IMG/VR virus record: IMGVR_UViG_3300020201_000015 | Span: 1-64,000 of that record | Source of the DNA: a virus | Length of the DNA stretch: 64,000 nucleotides | Reading direction: 5' to 3' (one strand) | Shown: in pieces, positions 20,410-30,626 of the stretch | Position numbering within the stretch: the stretch's first letter is position 1 | Layout of the letters: the number at the start of each line of letters is the position of its first letter | Made by a program: the position numbers and the translations under genes | Notes under the pieces: generated by a model | Databases searched by the model: none | What the model was told of the DNA's origin: nothing | What the model saw: only the letters and a program-made list of their open reading frames with translations

Positions 20410-21900
20410 TCACAGGTCGACGCTCTCGTCGTATTGGCGCCCATCGAACGATCGAAACGAGGTGAAAGCTGGCTCGAACAGCGCGCGGACCGTGCCTGTG
20501 CGCCCGCCTCGCTGCTTGTCTACGATTAGCTCTACTACCTCTGCTTCTGGCGCCTTGTCTGCATGCCCACCGTCTCGTCGGGCGAGTGCTCGGGCGCGAG
20601 CGAACGGATTGTGAATCAGGATGCAGTTGTCGGCGTTCATCGGGATGGCCTTCGACTCTCTGAAGTCCGACGAGCGAGGTCGCTTGTCGTTGCCACGCTT
20701 TGAAGCGTCGTCGTTCAGTTGCGCCACGGCGATCACGTGTACCTGTTCGGACCTTGCTAGCAACTTGGTGGATCGCGCTAGGTACGCCACCTCCTCCTCG
20801 CGTGACCCCTTGCCGATGAAGCTCTTGCCGCTCACCAGCTGCAAGTAGTCGATCACGACCAGGCGAATCTCGACGCCCATTCGTCTGGCTTCAGCCTTGG
20901 CACGACGAAGGCGCGATCGAATCGTGGTGGGCGTGTGCTCGGATCGGTCATCCGTCCAGAACGGAGCGCGTGACAGTCGCTGGGCCTCTTCTGTAGCCGC
21001 GCTCCACTCGTCTCGGGACCAGGTGCTCTTGTCCTTGGCGAGGTCAACTCGAGCGCCTTGGGCGATGGCGCGCTCCATTAGCTCGTCCTTCGGCATCTCG
21101 AGCGAAAAAACCATCACGCCCGTGAGCGTCCCCGGCTGCTCAGTCCCGTCGTCGCGCTTGCTCGGCGGTCCCCGGTGGCCGGACATTGACACCCGACCAG
21201 CGATCTCGAGAGCGAGTGACGTCTTGCCGACGCCCCAGTAGGCGCCCATCGTCGTCACGCCACCGATGGCAAGCCCGCCGCCCTTCAGCAGTTTGTCCAG
21301 GTCGACAAGGCCAGTTGGCACGCGCACTTGCTGAGGCACGCGCCCCGCGGCTTCGTCGCCGAACGACTTGAAGATCCTCTCGATGATGGCCCTGGGAAGC
21401 TCCGGCTCGTCCTCATCAACGCGCCGTGAGTTGGCAACAGCGCAGACGCGGCCCTCGGCCTCGTCGAGCCAGGCCGAAACCTCCCCGACGTCGCCGTAGC
21501 CCTCTGCGGCGAGCGCTTGGCATTCTGCGATCAGTCGTCGCTGGCGAGCCTTGTCGCGCACGATTGCGGCGTGCGCCCGAAGGTTCCAGATGGCAGGCGT
21601 CGCATCTACGATCTGAGCTAGGTAGGCGGACCCGCCGACTCTTGCTAGCTCATCGCGGCCCCGCAGGAGAGTCGCAATCGTGACGATGTCGATGGGTTTG
21701 CCTGAGTCGTCGAGCTCCATGGCGGTGGCGTAGATGGCGCCGTTCGACTCGCTGTAGAAGTCCGACGGATCGAGCATGTCGGCAACGTCGGCGATGGATC
21801 CGGCTTTGAGCATGCAAGCCGAGAGTACCGACGCCTCTGCGTCCAGGTCGTGCGGCGGGACTCGGCCGGCCACGATCGGCGGCTGGTGACGGGCGCTCAT
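20410..21900 (-). CDS. dnaB: Replicative DNA helicase, DnaB family
   Basis: PPHDLDAE N-terminus, G..GVGKT, FSLEM, VIDYLQL, AQLN, FRES.AI...AD, KQRGG.TG. Confidence 0.95.
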   Translation of the reverse strand: MSARHQPPIVAGRVPPHDLDAEASVLSACMLKAGSIADVADMLDPSDFYSESNGAIYATAMELDDSGKPIDIVTIATLLRGRDELARVGGSAYLAQIVDATPAIWNLRAHAAIVRDKARQRRLIAECQALAAEGYGDVGEVSAWLDEAEGRVCAVANSRRVDEDEPELPRAIIERIFKSFGDEAAGRVPQQVRVPTGLVDLDKLLKGGGLAIGGVTTMGAYWGVGKTSLALEIAGRVSMSGHRGPPSKRDDGTEQPGTLTGVMVFSLEMPKDELMERAIAQGARVDLAKDKSTWSRDEWSAATEEAQRLSRAPFWTDDRSEHTPTTIRSRLRRAKAEARRMGVEIRLVVIDYLQLVSGKSFIGKGSREEEVAYLARSTKLLARSEQVHVIAVAQLNDDASKRGNDKRPRSSDFRESKAIPMNADNCILIHNPFARARALARRDGGHADKAPEAEVVELIVDKQRGGRTGTVRALFEPAFTSFRSFDGRQYDESVDL

Positions 21901-22919
21901 GATAGGCACCTGGCTTCGTAGTCCGCTCTGGAACCCCAGAGCCCCCTGGCGACGTCGCCGAGATCGTCCCACGCCTTTGGCGCAGCTCTGACCTCCGGAG
22001 CCCGCGGCGGCGCTTTGCCGAGCCGCTGCCGCTCGGTCTCGTCTGGGTCCACCGCTTGGTGGTGGGCGTCGAGCCCGCGGCTGGCCGCCTTGCCGGCGCG
22101 AGTCGCCTGCTTGACGAATCCGGCGACCATCGAGGCAAGCGTGCCTCGATCGCGGTGCGGCTCGCCGACCGACAGCCGTGTGGATTCCTTGGCGTCGGCC
22201 TCGGCGATGGCGCCGAGCACGTCGGCGACCGCTAGCCGTCCGCCGATCGGGTCGCAGTGCGCGGCAAGGCGCTGGGCGAACTCGAGCGACGCCACGCCCA
22301 TCAGCGAATCGGAAGCCTTGAGGGCGGCGAGGATCGCCTGGCCGTCCGGCGTCTGGGTCGTCGACCGACGTGGCGGGCCGTGGTCTCTGTGGTCCGGTCC
22401 GGGGGCTTGCTCGGGATTGGCAGCCGCCGCCGCAGCCGGGTCTGCTGCTGCTTCTGCTTCTTCAGATGGAGAAGGAGAAGGAGAAGGAGAAGGACTACTC
22501 CAACGGAGTGCCAGCGGAGCAGCAGTGGTCAAGCACGGTGCTACTCGCCTGCTGCTCGCCTGGCGCGCCGCGCTCGTGGCGGCGCCGCCCCTGCTCGCAG
22601 CCTGACGCTTGACCATGCGGCGGTCTTCGACCGCTTTCTTGCTGTCATTCCAGTGAAGAAAATCATGCACTTCAAAGGATCCGTCGGCGATCGGATCGAT
22701 CGCGCCGGCCTTCACGAGGGCGTCTACGACATCCTGAGGTCGCTTGTGAAGCGTGAGCGCTCGGAGCTTGGGGCCGGATATCCTGCCGTCGGTGAGGCTG
22801 CGGTTGCAGAACGTGACAGCGCGCGCCCACAGCGCGTACGCCGAGTCGCCCACCGCCTCCGAAGCGGCGGCCAGCTTCTCGGAGTCGTCCCACCGATCGT
22901 CGAGCCTTGTCCATGTCAC
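21897..22919 (-). CDS. Phage replication initiator (winged-helix N-terminus)
   Basis: W.RLDD....K, TDG.I, VHDFLHWN; SPSPSP linker; directly upstream of dnaB. Confidence 0.75.
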   Translation of the reverse strand: MTWTRLDDRWDDSEKLAAASEAVGDSAYALWARAVTFCNRSLTDGRISGPKLRALTLHKRPQDVVDALVKAGAIDPIADGSFEVHDFLHWNDSKKAVEDRRMVKRQAASRGGAATSAARQASSRRVAPCLTTAAPLALRWSSPSPSPSPSPSEEAEAAADPAAAAAANPEQAPGPDHRDHGPPRRSTTQTPDGQAILAALKASDSLMGVASLEFAQRLAAHCDPIGGRLAVADVLGAIAEADAKESTRLSVGEPHRDRGTLASMVAGFVKQATRAGKAASRGLDAHHQAVDPDETERQRLGKAPPRAPEVRAAPKAWDDLGDVARGLWGSRADYEARCLS

Positions 22920-23447
22920 GAGTTGACCGACGCCTCGCGCTGAACGCCGGCACCCGTGGCCACGAGTTCCCCGTCGACACCTAGTGCGGCTTCGGGTAGA
23001 GAAATCTCACTCACTGAGTCGCTCCCTTCGATTCGGTGGCAGTCGGCGGCCGCTCTTGCAAAGCGGCCGTCGGCGTTTTCAGCGCCCGCGCGAACACGCG
23101 CGCAGCCTGAACTGACGTTGTCCACTGCTTTCCCGTCCACGTCAACGGAAGGCGCCACGGTGGTCGTCACGGGCGCACGTTCGCCAGCTGCGGGAACTGG
23201 CGCAGCCTCGCGAGGCACATCGTGCACGTGGCCTTGTGGCCTGGTCCGATGGTGACGCGCTCCTCTGCGCGTGCCGCGACCGCGCGCGCCGTGGCGAGCT
23301 TCCATCTCCGCATGCAGGAGTCGACGCTCTCGGTGCTCTGCTTTGCCTTTGCCATCTCGAGCTGGGTGAGCGCATCGAACACGCTGGTCTCGCGGACAGG
23401 CCCGCAAAGCGGCAGGCCATCGAAGGACAGGTGAATGGCGGCCTGCT

Positions 23448-23834
23448 TCACGATCGCACCTTGAACGGCTCATGCACCACGAGCACCTTGCCAGAAGCCT
23501 TGGCCTTGCGGATCGTGTCCCACGTACCGCGCGACCAGGACGATGGCCACGCGTGTATCTCCGTCGCGTCGTCGACGATCTGCTGGTTGCGGGTCGGGCC
23601 AGCCGCCTTGCCGTGCTTGTTCCAGTCGGCCGGATGCACCACGAACTCGCGCCCGCTAGCCGAGTGCTCGGCCATCTTGTCCACTCCGCTTGCGCCACCC
23701 GAGACGAGGACCACGTCGAACGGTAGCGCCTGGACGAAGCGGAAGACGTCCTCGCGGATGCACCCCCACTCTTCGCGCTGGTCAGCCGTGGTGGCTGGCC
23801 TCGTGCCCACGATGGCAACGCGCCGCTGCGTCAC
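23448..23834 (-). CDS. SLOG-family (YspA/DUF2493-like) protein
   Basis: VSGGASGVD, ADW.KHGKAAGP.RN..IV, SRGT..TI..A. Confidence 0.85.
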   Translation of the reverse strand: MTQRRVAIVGTRPATTADQREEWGCIREDVFRFVQALPFDVVLVSGGASGVDKMAEHSASGREFVVHPADWNKHGKAAGPTRNQQIVDDATEIHAWPSSWSRGTWDTIRKAKASGKVLVVHEPFKVRS

Positions 23835-24253
23835 TTCGACACCCGTCGCCGCGTGACCTTGACGACGACGAACCGCATCTTGGCGCCGGTGTGATCGGAG
23901 CAAGCGCGCTCGTGCCGCATCCACACGACAGCGTCGTTGCGACAGTACTTCTCGCCGCGGATACGGTCCCACGAGTTGCCACGGTTCCGGTAGACAACCT
24001 CGCCTGTCTTGATGTTGGTGCGGCGCACTTCGTACCAGACTCGAGTCTTCACAGCAGCCGCCGCCGAGCTGTCTCCGACCCAGCTGGCGAATGCGGGCTC
24101 GCCGCGGAGGATGCGGCACACCCTGTCGGCGGCACGCAGCCGCCGATAGGCATTCCTGCGGTTCGTCGCGTAGGCGACGCCGAACGCCGCCAGGTGGTAG
24201 GCCTTGGCGTACTTCAAGGCACGCCGGTACATCTTGTCGCTGCTACTGGTCAT
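23831..24253 (-). CDS. Hypothetical protein carrying a GEPAF-family segment
   Basis: RRALKYA..YHL...RILRGEPAF. Confidence 0.5.
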   Translation of the reverse strand: MTSSSDKMYRRALKYAKAYHLAAFGVAYATNRRNAYRRLRAADRVCRILRGEPAFASWVGDSSAAAAVKTRVWYEVRRTNIKTGEVVYRNRGNSWDRIRGEKYCRNDAVVWMRHERACSDHTGAKMRFVVVKVTRRRVSK

Positions 24254-24278
24254 AATGCTATCCGCCTTTCGTATGCCA

Positions 24279-24884
24279 TCACGCTGCCACCTCCGACTCG
24301 ATCCGTAGGTGCTCGAACATGAACACGCGTCGCGCCTTGGCCGCGCTCCACGGAGTGACGACGCACGTCGCCGGCGTGACCAGTGGCACCCAGTCCGCCG
24401 GTACGCGACCCAGGTCGATCTGTTCGCGCGCTCCGACGGCCTTGTCGTGATGTTCGACGGCGGCCGGTTGCTCGGTTCCGACTAAGCCTAGCGCTTCCGC
24501 GATCGCAGCCATGATGCGCCTCTCGATCTCGTCGTAGGCGCTCCACTCTCCGCCACGTCGCATGAGGCGCTTCAGCGGCCGGGTAACGTCGCCGCAGTAG
24601 GCCTCGGCGTCGTCGTGGTGGAGGCCCCATTGCTGGACACGCGGGCGCTCGCCGGCATCGCGGAGGGACCGCGCGACGAGCACCGCGTGCTGAGCGACCG
24701 AGTAGGCTTGCCGGGTTTGCCCCGAGTAGCGATTCGTCAGGGAAAGCCCCTGCGCAATGTCCTCGAGGCGAACGTCCTTGGCGAGAGGGCGAGCGAGCGA
24801 GAAGTTGACCCCCGAGACGGTGAGGATCGAGCTTGCTGCGAGTAGCTCCGACTCGACGAGCGTGGCCTTCAGGCAGGTAGTCAT
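24279..24884 (-). CDS. HD-domain 5'-deoxynucleotidase/phosphohydrolase (YfbR-like)
   Basis: DIA.GLS...RYSG, YSVAQH, LHHDDAEAY.GD..RPLK. Confidence 0.85.
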   Translation of the reverse strand: MTTCLKATLVESELLAASSILTVSGVNFSLARPLAKDVRLEDIAQGLSLTNRYSGQTRQAYSVAQHAVLVARSLRDAGERPRVQQWGLHHDDAEAYCGDVTRPLKRLMRRGGEWSAYDEIERRIMAAIAEALGLVGTEQPAAVEHHDKAVGAREQIDLGRVPADWVPLVTPATCVVTPWSAAKARRVFMFEHLRIESEVAA

Positions 24885-25375
24885 GTGGATGTGCCTCGTG
24901 TCTTGGCTTGTGAGTAGTCGTCCGGCTGAGTCACCTCTACGCGGATCGCCACGCCGTACGTCTTCGCGGCGCGCTGCACCTGCTCGCACGACCACCGCAC
25001 GCGCGGGTCGCGGTCGTTCTTCAGGCCTAGCCATTGAGCTATGGCATCTACGCTTGCCTTACAAGCGGACGGCAAATTGTCATGCTCGTCGAGCAGCCGC
25101 GGGGCGATCCGGGTCACGGTGACGATGAGTTCGCCGGCGAAGAAAGCGCCGTCTACTTGCCCGAGCCACCGCGCGACCGCATCCCGCTGCGCCTTCACGC
25201 GCCCGGCCTTCACGCGCCAGTGGACGTGCTGGTTGGACTCGGACACGAGCCGGATCGGGATCTCCGCTACCAGGTTCGGCGGGTCGTACTTCAGCATCGC
25301 GGCTACGAACAGGCACGCGGGCTTCGCCTTCGCAGCCTGCTTCGGCTTGAGGCGCGGCATGGACGGCGGGGTCAC
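24881..25375 (-). CDS. RusA-like Holliday junction resolvase
   Basis: SESN..HW, VTVTRIAPRLLD.HDNL...K...DAIA..LG..D. Confidence 0.65.
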   Translation of the reverse strand: MTPPSMPRLKPKQAAKAKPACLFVAAMLKYDPPNLVAEIPIRLVSESNQHVHWRVKAGRVKAQRDAVARWLGQVDGAFFAGELIVTVTRIAPRLLDEHDNLPSACKASVDAIAQWLGLKNDRDPRVRWSCEQVQRAAKTYGVAIRVEVTQPDDYSQAKTRGTST

Positions 25376-25739
25376 GACCCGTCGCTCCACAGCAGCGGCT
25401 CGTCTGCCCTGACGTCATCGTCCTGGCGTCTCAGCAACACGATGCGCCCGGTGTAGCGGCTCAGCAGAGTGACCGAAGTCCAGTCCTTCGGTACGCCTCG
25501 CACGGTGATGCACGTAGACGTGCCGCGCAGCCCTTCGTCGAGGTGGAGAGCCTCATCGGAAGCGTCGACGTAGAAGTCCCGCTCGTCGCTGAAGGACTTC
25601 GATCCCTCGGCGGTGAAGTCCGCATGCTTGGTGTGGAAGTCCATCTCGATGTGGACGTGGTCTTCGGTGGCGCGCACGAGCCAGATCGAAGCCACACGGA
25701 CCTCGCCGGGGATGACGGTGACAGCGACGACGGGGACGG

Positions 25740-26285
25740 TCACGACGCCACCCGCCTCTCCACCAGAGCCGTCGCAGCGCCGTCGATGATCGCGCCCGTC
25801 CGCAGGTACGTCGGCTTCCCGTCTCGCATCAGCCCCAGCCTTTCCATCGCCACCCGTGACGCCGCCAGCAGTGTCCCGCGTTCGCGCATCGACATGTCGA
25901 GCCACTCCTGTTGGCCGGCGACTCCATACCCGGCCATGTGACTGGTCCAGTCGAGTCGCAGTCGCCGGCAGGCTTCCCGCTCAAGTGCCAGCATGTCGTC
26001 CTCGGCGTGACTCTGCGGCTGGTAGCCAGTCTCCCGCCAGACGACCACGTGCATCATCTCGTGGATCAGGTGCGAAGCCTCGAGCGTCGACTGCGCCTCG
26101 TCGGCCCAGAGGATGCTCCCGTTGTCGCGGCGGATGCCGGCCATGTCCTGCGGAGCCACGTGGTAGGTCTCCTTGGGCATGTACCCGCGGCGCAAGATGC
26201 CGCTGAACGGCACGTCGAGGTCGACGGCGACGCCCCATCGCTCGCACTCACGGAGCGCGCGGAGGAAAGAAGGGTGAACGGTCAT
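25740..26285 (-). CDS. HExxH protein (putative metallopeptidase)
   Basis: LIHEMMHV...E; ATGA-coupled to the upstream ORF. Confidence 0.55.
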   Translation of the reverse strand: MTVHPSFLRALRECERWGVAVDLDVPFSGILRRGYMPKETYHVAPQDMAGIRRDNGSILWADEAQSTLEASHLIHEMMHVVVWRETGYQPQSHAEDDMLALEREACRRLRLDWTSHMAGYGVAGQQEWLDMSMRERGTLLAASRVAMERLGLMRDGKPTYLRTGAIIDGAATALVERRVAS

Positions 26286-26873
26286 GCTGACTCCATCGTG
26301 GTGCGGGCCCATTGCAGGAGCTCGGTCATCGCGAGCGCCCCGCACGCCGGGACGACGGCGTTTCCGAGGCCCTTGAGCCTGGATCTGTCGCCTCTGACTC
26401 CGTCGGAGATGCGGAGCCCCGACGTCGGCGGCGCTGATAGCGAGGGCGCGGGTTCGGTAGCCAAGAGCATGCAGGTCTGACCGCACCTCGCACAGCCATC
26501 GCTTGGCGCCGCTGGCGACGTTTTCGACGATGGCGGCTGCGGGCCGCAGCTCGTCGACGATCCGGCGGTACTCGTACCAGAGTCCGGACCGGGTTCCGAC
26601 GGCGATGCCGGCGCCTCGTCCAGCCGCGCTGACGTCCTGGCAGGGAAAGCCTCCGACGATGAGATCCACGGAAGCAAGAGTTGCTGAGCCAGCATGACGC
26701 ACGTCCTCCACGGAGCGGTCTACCTCGGGCCAATGCCGAGCTAGGACCTGGCGACAGAAGCCGTCGACCTCGACCTGCCAGAGCGCCTGAGATGCGACGC
26801 CGGCGCGCGCGCACGCCACCTCGACGCCGAGGTCGAGCCCACCGATACCACTGAAAAGCGAACCGATCCTCAC
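26282..26873 (-). CDS. C5-cytosine DNA methyltransferase, split across two overlapping frames and lacking a TRD
   Basis: Motifs I (LFSGIGG), IV (GGFPCQ), VI (ENV), VIII (APHLRR) in the frame starting at 26873; motif X (LKGLGNAVVP) in the 26282-26695 frame. Confidence 0.75.
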
Positions 26874-27739
26874 GTCGCCACCTCCATAGCCGCGTCGCGC
26901 GCAACGGGCTGGCGCTTGGCTGACCGGAGCGTCATGCCGCCGGCGATCTCGTTCAGTCGCTTCAAGAGGTCGAGTCGCTTCACCTCGAGATGAAGATTCC
27001 CGTTCTTGTACGCCTTGAACCGGAACCAAGTCGTCTCGCCGCGGTAGCCCGTCGCCTTCGACGCTTCGATCGCGCCGTGCAGTTCCGACCAGTGGGACTT
27101 GGCGATCGAGCCCTGGCCGTCGAGCGCCTGGAAGACACGCTCCACCGAGATGGCGTGCTGCTCGTAGTAGGACGACAGACGCAGTCCGTAGCAGCCCATC
27201 TCTACCCAGTGGACGATGACCTTGGGCGGGATCTCCTCCTGGCTGTTCGTCTTGTACTCGGCCATGCGACCTCGCGGCCGGAGGTGCTCGAACGCTTCCT
27301 TGACGCTCTCCTCAAGGATCTCTGGCATTCGGTCGAGAAAGCCTTGAGCGAAGTCGCCGACGCTCTCCTCGGTGATGGCGGGGAGGTTGCCCTTGTCGAG
27401 CATCGCGCCGATCTCCTTCCAGCGCTCGCCGCTCACGATGCGCCGCAACTCCAGGCGGTGAACGATCGCGCGCCAGGCTTGGCGCTTCAGCAGGTTGACC
27501 GCCTCCTCTGGCTGGTCGAAGCATGAGCTGTACCTGCCGCGCGATGCGTCGATCCGGAAGTTCGCGTGGTCGTGCTTGCCGATTTGGTAGACCTCGTTGA
27601 GCTTCGCTTCGGCTGACACGAGCGCCGAGAAGGCTCCGCGGATCGTGGCTTCGGCTTCGCAGTACGCGGCGATCATCGCCGGCAGCGTCGCGAAGCGCGC
27701 GAGCCCAGCCTGGTTGTTGGCGTTGCGGTAGTCGCTCAC
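26870..27739 (-). CDS. DUF4942-like methyltransferase-associated protein
   Basis: FE.LRP....YKTN, F.ALDG, WFRFKAYKNGNLHL...R.DL...LN.IAG. Confidence 0.75.
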   Translation of the reverse strand: MSDYRNANNQAGLARFATLPAMIAAYCEAEATIRGAFSALVSAEAKLNEVYQIGKHDHANFRIDASRGRYSSCFDQPEEAVNLLKRQAWRAIVHRLELRRIVSGERWKEIGAMLDKGNLPAITEESVGDFAQGFLDRMPEILEESVKEAFEHLRPRGRMAEYKTNSQEEIPPKVIVHWVEMGCYGLRLSSYYEQHAISVERVFQALDGQGSIAKSHWSELHGAIEASKATGYRGETTWFRFKAYKNGNLHLEVKRLDLLKRLNEIAGGMTLRSAKRQPVARDAAMEVAT

Positions 27740-28380
27740 AGGCAGTCCCCCAGGTGGCCGAACGCCCGAACAAACGCGGCCCGCGACACGCCGAGTCCCA
27801 CGACGGCGTTGGCGTGCGCCGGCGAGTCGCCTTCGACGATGTCTTCCGGGCGCGCCAGCAGCAGGCCGTCCAGCTTCGTCTGTAGCTGTGCTCGGCGCTT
27901 CACGTCCTTCGTGGTGTTGCCGGTGATCTTGGCGAGCAGCTTCTGCGTCGAGACAATCGCGTCCGCTGCCGTGCGCAGGAACGGGATGCGGCGCTTCGGC
28001 ACGCAGACGCGGTAGTGCAGCATCGAATGGCAGCTGTGCGCCTTGGCCCACAGTTGCGACTGCTGGATCTGCTCGAGCGAGTAGGCGATGTAGACGGCGG
28101 CCGTCACGTCGCCGGCTGCAAACGCCTTCGACAAGCGTACCCACCACGCCTCGGGCGGGCTTGGCGGATTGACGAAGAGCCTGCCAGACCACGGCGACAT
28201 GAGGCCGTCAGGGAACGAGTAGAACGAGGTCGCTTGCACGATGCCGTTCGCGGACGCGTCGCTCGCCGGGTCGAGGTCGATGCCGCCCATGAGGTCGCGG
28301 GCCGGCTCGACGTAGCTGGCGGGGGTGTACCAGGCCGACGAGTCGACGGAGTGCAGCGCGGGGGCCACGGCGGCCATCAC
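27736..28380 (-). CDS. Phage N6-adenine DNA methyltransferase
   Basis: WYTP, IDLDPAS, W.GRLFVNPP. Confidence 0.85.
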   Translation of the reverse strand: MMAAVAPALHSVDSSAWYTPASYVEPARDLMGGIDLDPASDASANGIVQATSFYSFPDGLMSPWSGRLFVNPPSPPEAWWVRLSKAFAAGDVTAAVYIAYSLEQIQQSQLWAKAHSCHSMLHYRVCVPKRRIPFLRTAADAIVSTQKLLAKITGNTTKDVKRRAQLQTKLDGLLLARPEDIVEGDSPAHANAVVGLGVSRAAFVRAFGHLGDCL

Positions 28381-28624
28381 GCCACCTCCAGCTTCGCAGC
28401 CGCTTCCAGCAATGCTGCCGCGCGCGACCGCAGCGCCGGTATCACCAGCCGCTCGGCCTCGCTCCGCGCAGCATCGGCGTCGGTCGCCGCCAAGATAAGC
28501 TCGTCAATGCCAACCGCCTCCGACTCCAAGACCCACTGCCCCGGCTCCTCCCACACGTCCACGATGACCAAGCCCGCGCTCGCGCGAAAGCCGTCGCCTC
28601 GATACGGCTGCCAATTGAAAGCCA

Positions 28625-28984
28625 TCACGCCACCGCCTTGCGCGCCACGCGCAGCAGCACCAGGTAGCCGATCAGGTCGAGCGCCACATCCTCGCCGGCG
28701 ACCGAGCCGCGAGCCAGCCGAGAAAGCTTGTCGTCGATGCGGACGAGGATCTGCTCTTCGGGTGACGACCGGCTGAAGACGCGGATGGGGTCGAGCGCGC
28801 TGTTGCCATAGGACGCGTTCTTCTCCAGGAGCATCGTCGCGATCGTCATGCACTCGCTCACGATGGCGTGACGCGTCGGGTCCTTGTCGGACAGCGCCTC
28901 GACGATGCTGTGGGCCAGGTCGAGCGTGCCGTCGTTGTCGAGGCCCCGCACGGCTTCCACGGTTGACTTGTAGCTGTCGGTCAC
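28625..28984 (-). CDS. Nucleotide-modification-associated domain protein (DUF1599-like)
   Basis: LLEKN.SYGNS, VRIDDKLSRL, ED...DLIGY. Confidence 0.8.
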   Translation of the reverse strand: MTDSYKSTVEAVRGLDNDGTLDLAHSIVEALSDKDPTRHAIVSECMTIATMLLEKNASYGNSALDPIRVFSRSSPEEQILVRIDDKLSRLARGSVAGEDVALDLIGYLVLLRVARKAVA

Positions 28985-29268
28985 GTCTCCCCCATCCCTT
29001 CTGAGAACTTGCGCATCGCGCGGTTCGTGATCTTCTTGACGACGGAGTCGGTCACGCCGAGCCGCCTACCCATCTCGACGAAGGTCATCTCGCCGAGTGC
29101 CAGACCACGGCGCGCCTCCGCCAGTTCGATCATGCAGCAGCCGTCTGCGTTCTCGTTCGCCTCCAACCGTTGCGGGCATTCCGTCCGGCAGTGGGTCGGG
29201 TAGGAGCACGGCAACATCGCAGCGAAGCGGTCGGCCAGCTCGATCCACGCGGCAGACGTGGCCTTCAT
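28981..29268 (-). CDS. Cys-rich protein with sigma70 region 4-like HTH
   Basis: MTFVEMGRRLGVT...VKKI..RAMRK. Confidence 0.55.
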   Translation of the reverse strand: MKATSAAWIELADRFAAMLPCSYPTHCRTECPQRLEANENADGCCMIELAEARRGLALGEMTFVEMGRRLGVTDSVVKKITNRAMRKFSEGMGET

Positions 29269-29735
29269 TCCCCGAGCCTCGCGAGCTTGGCGCGCGGGAC
29301 CATCTTGGCGATTGCCGCGGCGAGGATCTGCCGCACGCGCTCCTTGGAGAGGCCGAGGATGTCGGCGATCTGCTGGTTTTCGAGGCCGTCGGGGTAGGCG
29401 AACGTGATCGCCCATAGGCATGCCGGCGCGTTGTTTCTGTCGCGCATCTTGCACTGGTCGTCGCACTCGTGGCCTGGTCGAGCTGACCACCGCGGGTCGG
29501 ACAGCACGAGGGCCGTGCGGTTAGCCAGTCGCTCTTGCTCGCGGCACGAATTGCAGCGGAGCCGCATGCCTACCTTGACCGCCCGTTGCATCACGCGCGC
29601 GGCCTTGGTGACCTCGGCGCCGCATTCGCATCGGCAGAGCCACAGGCGACCATCGGCACCGTTGGAGCCGACCTTGCGGATTGCGGTCAGGTGCCCGAAG
29701 CGCGCGCCGGCGACGATGTTGATGGCCGTGCTCAT
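29265..29735 (-). CDS. Zn-ribbon plus sigma70 region 4-like HTH protein
   Basis: G.RFG.LT..., WLCRCECG; NQQIADILGLSKERVRQI. Confidence 0.7.
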   Translation of the reverse strand: MSTAINIVAGARFGHLTAIRKVGSNGADGRLWLCRCECGAEVTKAARVMQRAVKVGMRLRCNSCREQERLANRTALVLSDPRWSARPGHECDDQCKMRDRNNAPACLWAITFAYPDGLENQQIADILGLSKERVRQILAAAIAKMVPRAKLARLGE

Positions 29736-30272
29736 GGCGCCGCCTTCGATGGCTTGCCACGGCGATAGACCGCGAGCGATCCGGGGTGTGCATACCTGGC
29801 CGCTTCAGCCTCCGCGAACGTGGCGAACTCGTGCGCGTCCCGGCGCGTGGCGTAAGCCCCGCCGCGCCTGTCGAGGTAGTAGTCGCCGCCGTCTTTGCTG
29901 TCGCAGACCTTGCACGAGCATCGGACTACCCAGCACCGAGGACTGGTGACCCTGTGCTTCTTCACGACGCCCTGCTGACGCCGCGTCTTCGCGCCGCGCT
30001 GATCTGATTGCCGCGACGGTACGCCTCGACCAGCGAGCCGGGTCGCAGCGGGGGCCGGGTCACACCAGCGGCCGCGTCGTTGATTGAATCGGCCGCGCAG
30101 ACCTCGGCGCGCGCCTGCGTGTTGGTCGCCAGCGTGCGGCCGTGACGGGCGATGACGCTGCCCGGACCGAGCGCCCGAGACGCGGCAAGCGCCTTGAGGA
30201 AGCACTCGCAGACGGCACTCGCCGCCGTCACGCACTCGTCGCACGAGTAGGTCTTGCTGCTGCCCTTGTTCG

Positions 30273-30626
30273 TCAGGATGTACATCGGGAACCCTCCCCC
30301 ATCGCGTCCAACCGCCGCGCCTGGAACGACTCCAGGTGCGGCCGCATCGCCTCGGTCACCGCGTCGCACTCGACGATGGTCTCGGCCAGATCGCCGACGG
30401 TCCAGCAGGCCCGCCCGCGCTCGGCCACGACGAAGACCCGAGCCATCTCGGCGCACGCCGCGCAGGAGTCCCACGACGACCACGCCCCGTCGTAGAGCGA
30501 CGTGGCGTGCTCGTACCGCTCGCCGACCGCGATGCCCGCGCGACACTCGACGCAATGGTGCGGCACGCGCGCGCGGCGCATCGTCGACGACGAGACCGCC
30601 GGCACGTCGAAGTCGGCATTGCACAT
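30273..30626 (-). CDS. Small Zn-binding phage protein
   Basis: RAR.PHHC.EC...I..GERY...C..C. Confidence 0.65.
   Translation of the reverse strand: MCNADFDVPAVSSSTMRRARVPHHCVECRAGIAVGERYEHATSLYDGAWSSWDSCAACAEMARVFVVAERGRACWTVGDLAETIVECDAVTEAMRPHLESFQARRLDAMGEGSRCTS

Noticed and set aside
22468-22494. GAAGGA hexamer repeat as origin iterons
   Set aside because: Explained by the Ser-Pro linker of the initiator protein
15517-24884. 2-aminoadenine (Z-genome) pathway suggested by HD and MazG-like genes
   Set aside because: No PurZ/adenylosuccinate synthetase-like ORF or DNA polymerase is in the window
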